DNA from: Marsupella aquatica
Taxonomy: Eukaryota > Plantae > Marchantiophyta
NCBI GenBank assembly: GCA_973895155.1
Contig: OZ316892.1
Coordinates: 7,609,251-7,673,250, forward strand
Length of the DNA: 64,000 nucleotides
Direction: 5' to 3'
How positions within the stretch are numbered: position 1 is the stretch's first letter; each line of letters starts with the position of its first letter. The notes under the pieces are model-generated. The model did no database searches, was not told the origin of the DNA, and saw only the letters and a list, made by a program, of their open reading frames with translations. A program made the translations under genes and the position numbers. Below, piece after piece: positions 36,431-48,703 of this stretch.

Positions 36431-37668
36431 AAGGTTATTAGGGAATGTCAAAGCACAGCTGTACAGTGTCAGTTACAACTCAGGACATAAAACGCTGTTA
36501 AGGTGAGGAAAAAATTGCTATGGGCTACCAAAATACGTTCCCCATAAGGATGATATGTCCAAAAACATAAAACCTGTAACTCTTTGGTTACAGGATAACT
36601 TTGACACTCCCTGTTATCTAGAACTCTGAGTCCGGAATCTTCAAAAAGCTTCCAGTTTAGAACCCAGCCTGCCCCTAACCTCGGTTATCCTAACCTTAGG
36701 TATCCTAAACAATTCCTAGGACCCAGGGCATACCCAGGCTGCTCATATAGACTTCACTTAAACTGAAGGCTTGCAAAGGACTCCCATGACTTTCCAAGTC
36801 TTCAGGGCTTCAGTAGGGTGACACTCGGCAATTATGCTGCACTATTTTTACTACCGGGAACATACTGAAAGAGCGTGGGATCTGTGATGCATGGAATGTA
36901 TCCAACGGGGAAAGGACGAGGGTCAAATTTGTGCGGACCAATATTGAATCAAAATAACGGACAATTACGTTGAAATTTCCAATGGAAAAGGGAAGAGCCA
37001 TGGCCCGACGACAGCAATTTTTCTGTGACATTGTCCTAGATTCTCACCAACTGCACCCTCTTTGCTCCACAGCCAGGAAGCTCAATTGAAGGTTACAGAG
37101 GCAGATGATTAGTCAAGATACGAGTTACGAAGTTGACAATCGTGTACATTCTACGATTTTTTGTCTAAAGGGCCCAGAATGATTGATTGTGAGGGACGAA
37201 ATGCATCTTTCAATCATAGCCCATCCTTTGCCCCAACGTCCATATGATTGAACTAAATTTCTTCCCAATCCAGGCTGGACCTTGCCCTTTCCAATCAACC
37301 TTTCCCAAACGATTCCGGTTACGTGTCCAGTTTTTCACCTCCAAGTTGGCAAATCGGACTTTGGGCCCATTCCAGATTTCACAAACTCCACTGTAGCACT
37401 CATTACGTGGGCCACGAAGAGACATTTGAGTAACAAATCACAGCCATATTTTAATACCTTCCAAGACCACACGCAGCGAAAAATCCTGGCGCTTTCAGCT
37501 AGCTCGGGACGGTTGATAGGTTTGCTGTGATGGATAGATCCTTAGATAAGATAAAATCCGTGTCTTATATTGGGCTTTAGTAGAATTTAGACCACATCAA
37601 ACCGGTACACATGTAAGCTGATAACATGTAAACCTCTCTGGGTCATCGGCACTCATCCAAGTCGGCCC

Positions 37669-37754
37669 CAACTAGAGACGGGAGGATTGTGCTACTTCGA
37701 GACTCCATCGACAACTAGAGACGGGAGGATTGTGCTACTTCGATACTCCATCGA
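37669..37754. repeat. 43-bp tandem duplication
   Basis: CAACTAGAGACGGGAGGATTGTGCTACTTCGA(G/T)ACTCCATCGA twice. Confidence 0.95.
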
Positions 37755-38644
37755 CTAAGGGTGGCTTTACAAGACGTTAGGGGCAGTTTCCACATTTTTT
37801 TTGTGTCTAAGATCTGATCAAGGCCATCCATTTGAGAGAAATTGCTTCTGTTCACTTTACAAAACCTTGGGGACACTTTCAACTGAACCTGTTACTAATC
37901 CTACATAGAATGCAGTGGGGCCCAATTTTTGCTTATGTGGAGCACTCTTTTGTCCTAGATTTTAGACCACCTCTCTTGGTGGTCTCTTCTTCTGGCCGCT
38001 TGGTCCATTTTTATTTTAAGTCATTTGTAATAAAAAGGGGCTCACAAGTCCTTCATAAGTCAAATATACACACTTTTTATATACAAAGGGACCAATCAGA
38101 GTACAAATGAATAAACAAAAGAGGGTCCTTCATAAGATATTTTTTTCTCACATTTACAAAGACTTTAGCCAAAGATTAAGTGACATTCAGGTGGAGTGGG
38201 TCCTCAATCTGTCTTTTAGTCAATTAATTTGGCACCATTGGCTGCACTTGGCTTTACAAGACCTTGGGGGCAAACAAAGGATTCAAAAAATGCTTTTAGT
38301 CCCGGGACACTATATTTAGTGTGTGCAATGGCCCTCCAGTTTGCTTTGGTAAAAAAAACTCCCAATTGCCCCCCATGTTTTGTAAAGTCCTCCTAAGAAT
38401 CTGAATGTTGTTGCATCCACGGATAGGTCCGCACTGGTCTGCAATCATTGCATCGACAATGATATGCTAACAAATGTGTCTCCTGCCACGTGAAGAACCC
38501 TTGAGAAGATCCTCGTCAGAGAAGCTACTCTTTTAAAATGAAATGGTTGTAAAATAAAATAATCTCGCTGTAGTTGAGATTTGTCACAACAGAAAAATAA
38601 ACAGTAGTCCAAGAATTTAAGAAGTAATACGAAAGGGTTGAGCT

Positions 38645-39556
38645 CCCGGTTTGGACTTGTCGGACAAATAGGAGGGTTTGGACTTGTCGGACAAATAGGA
38701 GGATTTGGGACAACAAATGACATATGTCATCCCGGTCGATCCCGGCCGGGTGACAGGGTCGGGCCGGGAGAACATAGAGCCGGGCCGGGAGCAGGGTCGG
38801 GAGGTTGGCCGGGTCAGGCCGGGAGATCGGCCGGGGGGGGGGGGTGGGATGGGTCGGGCCGGGAGGGAGAGTCAGGGGTGGGAGACTAAGGTGGGGAGTT
38901 GGGCCGGGAGTCTTGCACGTTTAGGGTAAACCCCGGTTAGGGAGAGCCGGGCCAGGCCGGGAATGGGAGAGCCGGGCCGGGAAGAGATGTAGGGCTGGGA
39001 AGGGGAGAGCTGGGCCGGAAAGGAGGCCGGGCCGGGAAGAGAGGGAGGGCCGGGAAGGGAGGTAGGGCCAGGAAAGGAGGCCGGGCCGGGAAGAGATGTA
39101 GGGCCGGGAAAGGAGGTCGGGCCGGGAAGAGAGGGAGGGCCGGGAAGAGATGTAGGGCCGGGAAAGGAGGCCGGGCCGGGAAGAGAGGGAGGGCCAGGAA
39201 GGGGAGGTAGGGAGGGCCGGGAAGGGAGGTAGGGCTGGGAGTGCAAGCTGGGCCAGGAAGGTTGGGACCCTAAACCGGGGGCTGCTTCACTTAACCGAGG
39301 AAGTCCGGGACTCGGCCGAGAGATTTTGTGACCGGGCCAGGAGTCTTTTCGACCGGGTCGAGAGGGTCGGGACGGGGGTGGGATCTGGCCGGGAGGGGTC
39401 AGGAGAATTCGAGACCAGGCCGGGGACGGGCTAGGAATTTTTGGTCCCGACTGGGAAATATAAGGGAATATTGGACAAATAAGCCATTTTTGAGCGAACA
39501 AGTTGTCATTTGTCGTGTCGAACAAGGACACATCTTGTCCGACAGTGAAAACCGGG
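38645..39556. mobile_element. Non-autonomous TIR element with an 8-bp TSD (hAT-like) and a G-rich minisatellite core, 912 bp
   Basis: Perfect direct repeat GTTGAGCT at 38637-38644 and 39557-39564. TIRs CCCGGTTTGGACTTGTCGGACAA / TTGTCCGACAGTGAAAACCGGG. Interior of ~18-bp GGGCCGGGAA(G/A).. units. Confidence 0.88.
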
Positions 39557-42500
39557 GTTGAGCTGGACGGAGGGCTGAGGTCAATTGGTGATGCTGGTTG
39601 TCTGCTTCAGTGACGCTGCCATTCTTTCTCTTTACAAGCTAATTGACCAGCATGTTTGTTATCTCATGCGATAATTCATCCAATCGTCACACGTTCAATT
39701 CTCCACAAGGTCAAATTGTTATGGTTAAACTGTCAATGAATGGTCTTGTAACATAATGTACAACAGTGTCATTTATGAGAAATGCTCAAAGCCAGATCAA
39801 GAGACGTGAAAACTGGCAAACCCCGAATATCTGTACTCTAGGCATTTCTGAATACACCTCCAAACAATCAATGAAATGTAACTTCACAGAATAGCCGAGT
39901 AAACAAGCATATTCGAGGGTGAATTCGCTCCCAAAACTATCTCAAACGGTCTGATACCCTTCTTCAATTGGGTGGATCTCCCCAACACCTTATCCAAGGA
40001 ATATCTAGCGTTATGGTCTTATTCAGCTGACTAGTTGCGTGGTTTCAAGTCTAGTGACGTGAACCTCCTCTAATTCAGGTTACTGGATCTACAGATTTGG
40101 ACCGCAGAGTGAGACAGAACTCTGAAGAAACCACCTTACATGATTCATTTCTGATGTGCAAATATTACAATTGACACACATCCAAGAGGGCCATCGATCC
40201 TCAACTCTTGAATCATCCCCAGTTCTTAGTCTGGCATTTCGGAGGTAGCCAAACCCAAAGCTGAACCATCCAAAGACGATCTAGCTCACTGGAGGAATCT
40301 ATGCAAGATCATCGAAGAAAGTACAACTTCACATATCTGGAAATGGAGAACTGAGACCAATCGTTCCTCATTTCAGAACAGCTTGGAATCCGGCTTCGGT
40401 TGTAAAACATGTAGAATTTTTCGCTTGCTGCACAAGAACAATAATGTTCGAGGACGTTAGCACTTATAGTCTACCTGCGAGGAAGCTCTTGGAATCTGAT
40501 ACAGAGACAGATATGAACATCACATTTTAACGCAAACTTCAAGATGAGGCGAAAGGGTTTAGGGTGAACCTCCTTCTATGAAAAAGCACCAAACGTTGCT
40601 AACAGTCTTGATTGATTGATTGATGGATATTAAAACTGTAAGATATCAGAGAGTAGGTGTAAAATTCAGCAGGATAAACGGTAAGAAGCTTGGATTGAGA
40701 TCCTACGGGGAAAAGGAGAAGTGAAACCAGAAGAAAGCCTCAGAGTCTCATTGTCGTTAGATCCAAAAGAGTTTCGTGGCCGCTTGACCGAGCACTCGCT
40801 AGTAACCTTTGTTACCACGAATTCTTGTTCTCATATCAACCTATCACAGCAGTCGAGAGAAAGAAAAACTTGTCAGTCTCTGCATCCCCGATCAAGTCTA
40901 TGAAATTACCATTTCTGGAGGACCAAACCTCTTCTGTTAGAAGCAGAACAAAATTCCCGGCCAGCTCAAACATCAACTCCGCACCAATTATCTCCGAGCC
41001 CTCTGTCCTCTGTTACGCTGTATAAAGGGATCTAGCTCAGAAACAGACGTCTAGCTCAGCAATGAAAGCGAGTATACCAATTGGGCATAGAATCATTAGG
41101 TCAGATCCACACCTGGCCACGTTTGCACTGAAAATAGGTTTCTCGAAGCCCAACGCACTCGCTTGCTATTTGAGGCACCTTCTCTCCGGCACAGTCCTTG
41201 TAAGATCGGTGTTGATCCTGCAGATAATGAGCTTCGATCGTCAATCACGACAGAGCTACATCGACCATACGATCCCACATGATTTTATGATGGAAGGAAT
41301 TGCTGGATGCCGAATTAGGAAGTTAATCAGTAAGCAGAGATTAATAAGGTAGAGACGGACCTTCATACAAGGCGATTCACTTAGACATTTTACGAGCTCC
41401 AGGGCGAGGCCCTTGCAGGACTTCGACATCTCTCTCTGCTCAACAAATAGGAGCACAACCGTCAACCATCCTCATACCGATCAAGAGTGAATAATAAGGT
41501 CGAGCATCTAAACCCTAACAGAACCAAGCGAGGTGCTAATCACGTCCACCTCTCAGCCCTAGAGCGTTTATTGCATCGGCTCTTTGAGGAGTCAGTAAAC
41601 CAGCTCTCTGCGTCTCAAAGTAAACAACATGCAACCGAAAACCTAATTTTGAGCTCTCTCTGGTCCAAATCATCCACTTCAATAATAGTCATCTCATGGT
41701 CACAAGGTATGGGACCTGTGAGTAGAATGGCACAGTACGAAATTTGGGGAGAAATAAGTTAGCTTAATTGTGGGAACCACCATCGACAGATCCTGACGAA
41801 GAGATTAGATGGGGAATGAATTGAAGATGTGAGGGACAATTGAGAGGTGCAAGGTGGTACGAAAATCATGCCCACCTAGAAATTTCTGCACTCAGAAATG
41901 TCCAATATAGATCATCCTCTGCAGCGTTCCCCCGAAGGCAACCTGTTCCACAATTTTGCTATGATCCCTGCTTTGGGTTCCTCTGCCTTCACCGTTCCAC
42001 GTTCCCGCAGTGACTTCCACAGCTCGAGCAGCAGTGTATTCAATTGCAGATCCCCTGCGCCAGCACTGCTGCCTGTAGCAGCTCAGCTCAACCTCTACTT
42101 CTTGCTCCAATTCTCCTTTGTACTCTCCAACTGAGGGTGGCTTGTGGCTTTTTACAAGAAGTTGGGGGCAATCGGCCTAATCTTTAAGGTTTTTGCTTTT
42201 TCTCTAATAGGGCCCTCTCAAAGGTGGGTCATTAGTGAAAGTGATGATGGATTTGTGGTATGTCCCATAACTCAGCTTATGGGAAGCAGTTATGAAATTT
42301 TAAAAATGGGGGGAGGTAGTATTGACTCACCCCATAAGGGCTGGGTTCCATGGGCCAGGGAGTTCAATCACTCCTTCTGACATCCCCTGGGGCCCAAATA
42401 CACCATATGCCAAGGTGTTCGCAGTGTTTTAAATGTACGAGTTTTAATTTTAGAGCCAACAAGAATGCACTATACTCTCACTATACAGGGGCAGGGAGTG

Positions 42501-42871
42501 CCCTTAGAGTTTAATAGGGAGTGTGAGGGAAAATCATACTCCCTACTACCTTATTTGCACACTCCTCACTCCCCCAAAAAATTGTGATCTTATTGGCTTA
42601 AACATGCTGACACACATGTGCACTCCTCACTCCCAGCCCCATAGAACCTAGCTCTGAGGCAGGAGTTAGAGCCTCACCTATGTCATAGCCTCTATTCATT
42701 TTTCCTCAATTCTTGATCAGTCGCCACCTCAAACGCAACTGCCATCACCACATCAGGTGCAAAGCCCATGTGCCTTCGGTCACGATTTTCCGGAGTTCTG
42801 GAGTCCTGGATTTCTGAATTTGCACCTAAAGTTGCAGGAAAATTACGGGTTAAGTGTTGAGCTCACCGGCT

Positions 42872-43164
42872 TGTTGGGGATAATCCCTATCCCAAGATAC
42901 CATGCACATGTGAACACCATACAAAGTAGTCGACACAGCGAGTATGTGGTTCACCTCATGATCGAGGCTACGTCCACGGGAAAACAAGAGACCTTTACTT
43001 CTCTCTTGCCCAACTCAAACAATGAACTGAAGATCCACCAGGGATTGGCACCAGCCCTGGCTATATACACAACAACACTACTGCTAACCTTAGCTAAGTC
43101 CTAACCTGAGTTAGACTAACTGCAGTTAACTATAGAGTCACAAGACTAAGAGCAATGCCTAACA
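42872..43164. mobile_element. Solo LTR (same family as 33642-33973), 293 bp
   Basis: TGTTGG...CTAACA termini. Flanks CGGCT and GGGCT form a 5-bp TSD with one mismatch. Sequence blocks shared with 33642-33973. Confidence 0.8.
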
Positions 43165-43619
43165 GGGCTTTCCTTACGGTAGCTGAAGATTAGCTCTCAT
43201 AACTTTTATGTGAGTTCCTGTAATACTGAAGTTATATATGGGAGGGCCTATCTTGTCAACACCAGACTCTGAGATGCCCAGATAGGATGTCTTAAAGCTT
43301 TGAAATTAGAGATGATGGCTTTAGGCCATAAAGGAGTAGTCATAACTTTTTCATAAGGTTATGCAATATTTTTTTTTTCACTATCTTCTAGATAACTTTT
43401 TCATAAGGTTATGTGACATTTTTCTTTCTTTTTTGTTTTGACTATCCTCTACATTGACTAATGGTCATGACATACAACCAAATCTGTATGGCAAAAATTT
43501 ATGGACTATGAATCTGGTAGTCTGTAACAATTTGTGTCTGTAACCACTAACTATGGAGTTAGTAAAGGTCCATCAAATTCTGACTTTTGAAACACCCTTA
43601 TGTTATTGTACAGAAATGA

Positions 43620-45770
43620 AGATGCTAGGAATACTCCTTGTTTCAAAGCTTAGTTTTTAAAGGAGAAGATGCTTGTTTGATTTTCTAGATAGTATTTGAC
43701 AGTCAGATCTCCATAGATTTAAGGAAAATTGTTAGATTTTGGTTAAATGGTGTCTGGGGTCAGGTGGGAGACTTGCTAATGGAAAAAAGAATGGCAAATC
43801 TATGCAAAAAACTGCTACTAGTTTTAGAAAAGTGTAATCTGACCAGGGAACATTCACCACTAAAAACTATGCTGGCCCCATTGCTTCTTTACGGACCCCC
43901 ATTAGGGGTCTCTTGCAAATTCTCTGCCATGAGGTTGCGCCACATCATCACAACTAGTCACAAACAGGAATGATCCTACTTTTAACAATAATAAACGTGC
44001 ACATTCCTGTTTGTGACAAAAACAACGTAATTTTTGGGGCGCTATGCCGTAAATATTAAACGTAAAAAAACCAAAATACAAAGGAAGAGATGTCATTTAG
44101 TAAAACAAAGTTACCATTTTAATGTTTGTCAAAGATATATCAGTGTTTTATATCAAAATGTTTGTATTTTTTTAATTGTTTGTAAGTTTGAAACAATCAA
44201 TTGATAGAAATGTACATAATTAAAACCCATTTGGCTTCACATTGTAAAACTAAATAATAAATCTCCTTAGTACTTGATAAAATTTGCCAATGTTTGATTC
44301 ATTGGAAAATTCAAGATCAAGATTTAGAAACTCGTGATCTCTTTAGTGATGTCTTGATAAAATTTCTCAATGTCACTCATTGGAAAGCTAGAGTAAAATT
44401 AAAAACTCATAATCTCCTTAGTACTTGACAAAATCTATCAATGTTAGGTTCATTGGAAAGCTAGAGAAATTTAGATACTCATGATCTCTCTATTTCTTGA
44501 CAAATAATCTCAATGTCACACATTAGAAAGTTAAAAAGATTGAACACCTCTTGATCTCTTGAGTACCGTGACAAATCTGACATAAAATTTGTAAATGTCA
44601 GACTCAATGTTAGAAAGCTAAAAGAATTCATGAACTCATAATCAAAAAAATTTATACTAACACTCATTGGAAAGGCAAAGATATTCAAAAACTCATATGA
44701 AATTTGTCAATTTGAGGCTCATTGGAAACCCTTTCTCGATTAAGAGATATCACAATCTCGTCACCGTCACAAACTTATTCGCTACAAATTGATTTATTTG
44801 ATTACGTCACCATCGCTTGTCCACAATGCTTGCTTCCCGGCTTGAATTGTTCGCATTTCTTAGATAGTCTTCAACTAAAGCTCACTCTAAATACAGGTTG
44901 ACGCCAAATGCAGCCTCTATGTCAAAGAAACAATTGTTGATCTTCCCCTCACACCATAAGTTTCTTAAATAAAAATAACTACAAATCCTTTGTTTGAAGT
45001 GACGGCTCGTTCGTTTTGTGTGTTCTTCCCACCAAATTGACAAGCGCTCTTTTGCCAACAGCTGAGTGTTGTGCTCTAGTCTATCTTGTGGCGGTAATGC
45101 TCAATGTAACTCACAAACAATCAATCAAGAATGGTTGAAAGATGATTTTTCCAATGTGTAAGCAAAACCTATAAGAAAATTCAATTCCTCCACATTCAAC
45201 CTTCCGTTTGATAGATCTCTATCTTTTGAGCATTTGTTTTTGTACGAGCACACACCAACACCATCGGGAGACTCAAAACCGTTGGTTACCGCCTTGATGA
45301 AAATTGATTTCACTTAATCACACAAACATTCCATGGATGAACATGGGGGTCCACGGATTAATTAATCAGTGTGAGTTTAAAATGGGCACTGTAATGAGCA
45401 GAAATGGCTGCAATAGGCCAGTATAAAGGTTTTCTGTTTGTTTTTGCCAGGGTGCATGTCACCTTGTGCAAACACTACTATGCTAGGACTATTCCTTAAA
45501 TGATGTTCATAGATTAGTTTTTGACAGTCAGATGTCCAGAGATTTAAGGATGAGGGTTAGATTTTGGCTAGTGGGTCTTGTGGCCAGGGGGGAAACTGGT
45601 TAAATGAAAAGAGAACCCTAGCAAAGTTTTGCCAAACTAGCTACTAGTATTGAAGAGGTGGAAATGATGGGAATTTTTGCCACTAAAAACATGCTGGCCC
45701 CATTGCTTCGTTTAATCAATTACCGTGAGATTAAATCTTGACACTATAATGAGTGGGAATGGCTACTCTG
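43620..45770. repeat. Diverged tandem repeat hosting element copy B; related inverted copy near 54820-54875
   Basis: 43620-43890 aligns with 45480-45710 (TTTGACAGTCAGAT.TCCA.AGATTTAAGGA...TTAGATTTTGG; CCACTAAAAAC.ATGCTGGCCCCATTGCTTC). The second unit shows the empty insertion site. Confidence 0.7.
43892..45357 (-). mobile_element. Non-autonomous DNA transposon, copy B (1466 bp), inverted relative to copy A
   Basis: TTA at 43889-43891 and 45358-45360. Ends CGGACCCCCAT... and ...CATGGGGGTCCACGGA. Track ORF 43902-44096(-) is almost the same peptide as ORF 4793-5038(+), confirming homology. Confidence 0.85.
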
Positions 45771-46381
45771 GGGCCCATCTGGTATGGTTTCTGTTGATCT
45801 TACAGGACAAAGCAATGGCCCAAGGAAATGTTGACAGGAAGTGCTTGTTTTGTCTAGAATTTTAGATCACCTCTGGATCACTGGATGTGATCCAAACAGT
45901 TCGGGGATGGACCAGAGCCTCACTGGCTTGGGTAGACTTCTTTCCTTTCTTCTCAATTAGCCGCCAGCCCAAGTGCAGCAGCCATTGGGCAAAGGCCAAG
46001 GCCCACATGACTTTAATTGCATCTTTCCAAATTCTGGATTTGCACCTAAAGTGACTAGGAAATGGTTAATAAGTATTGTGAGGCTCCCACAACTTTGTGG
46101 GAGTTCCCAAAACTCTTGAGTTGAGGGGAAAATGGTCAAATCGCCTTGACATCCCTTTTTCACCCTCAACATCTTTTCTCGTTTGTACATTTTTTTTCAC
46201 CTAAACAGATTTACTCAACTTTGACATCATTTTCTTGCCTTGCATTTTTTGGCAACAACTGGCTAGTAGAATAAAATTGACTATAATTGCTTGCACGAAA
46301 TGCTTCGGATAGTCCTCATTATAAATTTCTGAGACGCGATGACTTGCGGAGGCTGACCCGATCGCGTCCATGTATTCAGAC

Positions 46382-46550
46382 CGTAAGCGTGTCGTTGTTT
46401 ATCTCGAAACTGTAGTCAAAATAGTTTCGTTTCCGACAGGTTCTTCCTGGCGTGTTGATGAAGTTTTCGAGCGCAGTGCTCCTCAATTCAACGGAGAGAG
46501 ACGGTATGAATGGTTCTTCAACCTCAATCACACCCAAATTCAAGCTTCGT
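46382..46550 (+). repeat. Diverged duplicate of the CML-3 upstream region (48400-48580)
   Basis: GTAAGCG.GT.GTTGT...GTTTCGTTT...CA.GTTCTTCCT.GCGTGTTG...A.GTTTTCGAG...AGTG.TC.TCAATTCA...GGAG.GACGG..ATGAAT is shared with 48402-48545. Confidence 0.8.
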
Positions 46551-46675
46551 TCTACGTGCCTTTTGGTATTGTTGCTACGGCTGTAAATTTCATTCTTGCT
46601 ATATGATTCGTATCTTCAACAATCCAGTGATCAATCTCTTGTTGTTAAAGTCTACCTATAAGACTAGACGAGGGA

Positions 46676-47140
46676 TGTTCTCATGATTCCCCACTCTCAA
46701 GTGAGGAGCATGAAGAGGGGGAAAGAGGCTCTGATCAAATCCTTCTCATGAGAAGAGGGATAGATTTAATCACTGCGTCCGAGCTTAATTCAGCAGGTGC
46801 TGCTCAAGTTGGGAATTCCTGAAGGGATCGAGAAGCTTATGTAGCTGTACAAAGATGACTGATAAAGTTGACGCTGATGTGAATGGAAGTGTGGATTTCT
46901 TCGAGTTTCTGGCTTATAGTTGTGGCAACTCTTAGATCTCTCCATCTTCAATTCATTTTGATTTGAGAAATAGGGTTTCAAAACGAGACAACGGTAGCTT
47001 CTCCAAGAGACTTAATTAGTTAGGGATGTAGAAATGTGTTATTGTCAATATCCATAGAGGGATGTAAGCCAATCTGGATACTAGGAGACTTCGGATAACT
47101 TCATTAATTAAACCATCAGTGTCTAGATGATGACTGTGGG
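46676..47140 (+). pseudogene. CML pseudogene: decayed copy of the 3' half (EF3-EF4, C-tail and 3' UTR) of CML-3
   Basis: GAGGCTCTGATCAA, ATCACTGCGTCCGA, CAGCAGGTGCTGCT.AAGTTGGGAATTCCTGAAGG, GTTGACGCTGATG..AATGGAAGTGTGGATTTCTTCGAGTTTC and CTCCATCTTCAATTCA match 50278-50750. Frameshifting indels and stops; no start codon and no EF1-EF2. Confidence 0.92.
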
Positions 47141-48399
47141 CATCACGACTCCACAGGGTAGAAACTATGAGGTACATATATCATATGTACAGGAGTCCCT
47201 CGTCTGCACCATTAATTCGCGAATGTCTTTTGAATGGCAATTCCTTACATTGAAAAAAAGCCCATGAGGTTAGCCTAGGTCAATCCTGTTGTAGCAGGTA
47301 TCTAAACCAATTGTTGAATTCAAGGCTACCCAGTAATTAATTACCTGCCAGGTGAACTACAATCCATCTTTGTCATCCAAGGACCCGTACCGACCACCAT
47401 TTTTCTCGAACGTACCCAGCGCCAAACATATGGTAATAACACGGGATGTAAAGGCGCCACAGCCAGGGCAGCGCACCCTTAAAGTTTGCAGGTGCATTTT
47501 CCGAATGAAACGACTTGTTTTCTTGGAATTCCATCAACCATCTCCCATGATAGAAAGTATCTGCAGTTTAACTGTGATCCAGACAAGGAAAAAAAACTCC
47601 TGGGGTTTCTTGTTTAATGGGGTAGATTCATTTGGGGTTCTTACTATTTCAGTCGTGATCATGCCGGTGTCCACCACAATGCTCACTTTGCCACAGTGCT
47701 CCCGGCAAAGACAATGTTTTCTTTGCCCTGGAAATCCGCCTCGAGGGTTACTAGCGCTTGAGATTGCAAGATCACAGCCATATGCTCTGTCAAAGATTTG
47801 CTCAGCCTATCTTTGAAATGCACTATAATGGTCTAGACACTGACCGACAGTTCGTGCCCATGCCGGGTAATTCCCTACGATGTGATTGCCAGCACTTTGA
47901 TCCGACTGAGACCACGGACAAACTCCGCATCACATCATATGGAGGCCTCTTGAATACTCATATGAAATTGGGTTTGAGAACCTCAGCACACAAAAGCCTT
48001 CCGATTAGCAAATCATGTGGGATCCCTTCGAAGAAATTTGGACCCAGCAAAAGCAAGTTGTGTTTTACACATTTACCGCCGTTCTCGCTCTTGTGGCCTC
48101 TGTTGTGCGGCTGTCGCAATTGCTGGACTTTATCCAAGCTAAGGAGGCAAAGGTTGACTGACCCGGGGACTGACCCTACAAGAGAATCAACCAGTGCACA
48201 GGCTGAGATTATCCAAAACAATGATCGATTCCCACATGTTTGTCTTAAATAAATGGTCTGCTGTTACAAGACTGCGTGAGTTCTTTGACATTGCCGAGAA
48301 CCACGTTACTGAATATAATACTATATACACGAGAGACTCTGGATTGTCCTTGTGATGTCTTAATTCCTGAAACACGATACCGTCGGACTAATTATCAGG

Positions 48400-48703
48400 G
48401 AGTAAGCGCGTAGTTGTCCGATGCCCCGTTGCACGTGCAGTGGAAACCGTTTCGTTTGTCACAAGTTCTTCCTCGCGTGTTGGCAAGGTTTTCGAGGCGT
48501 AGTGTTCATCAATTCATCGATCGGAGGGACGGGGCATGAATAATTCTGAAACCTTATACCCTTAATCAAGCCTCGATGCCCTCCTCTTTCATGATCGATC
48601 ATAGTTGTGTCGGTCCCGCGCTGCAATTCTGCGACCTATGTAAAAACACAGTACCTTCCAAGTTTGACAAGACAGGGGACTGAGGAAGGGAGGTGCTATA
48701 TAA
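48400..48703 (+). promoter_or_regulatory. Putative CML-3 promoter (CGCG boxes, G-box, TATA) ~1.15 kb upstream of the ATG
   Basis: GCGCGT (~48406), CACGTG (~48432), CGCGTG (~48474), CCGCGC (~48616) and TATATAA (48697-48703). A donor-like CAG|GTAAAAG near 49117 suggests a 5'-UTR intron. Confidence 0.5.

Noticed and set aside
38872-39531. 219-aa Pro-rich ORF (PGPPSLPGPASF repeats) resembling extensin or collagen
   Set aside because: It is the antisense reading of the G-rich minisatellite inside a TIR/TSD-bounded element and has no signal peptide.
33642-43164. Full-length 9.5-kb LTR retrotransposon bounded by the two LTRs
   Set aside because: Each LTR has its own TSD, the LTRs are strongly diverged, and no gag/pol motifs lie between them.
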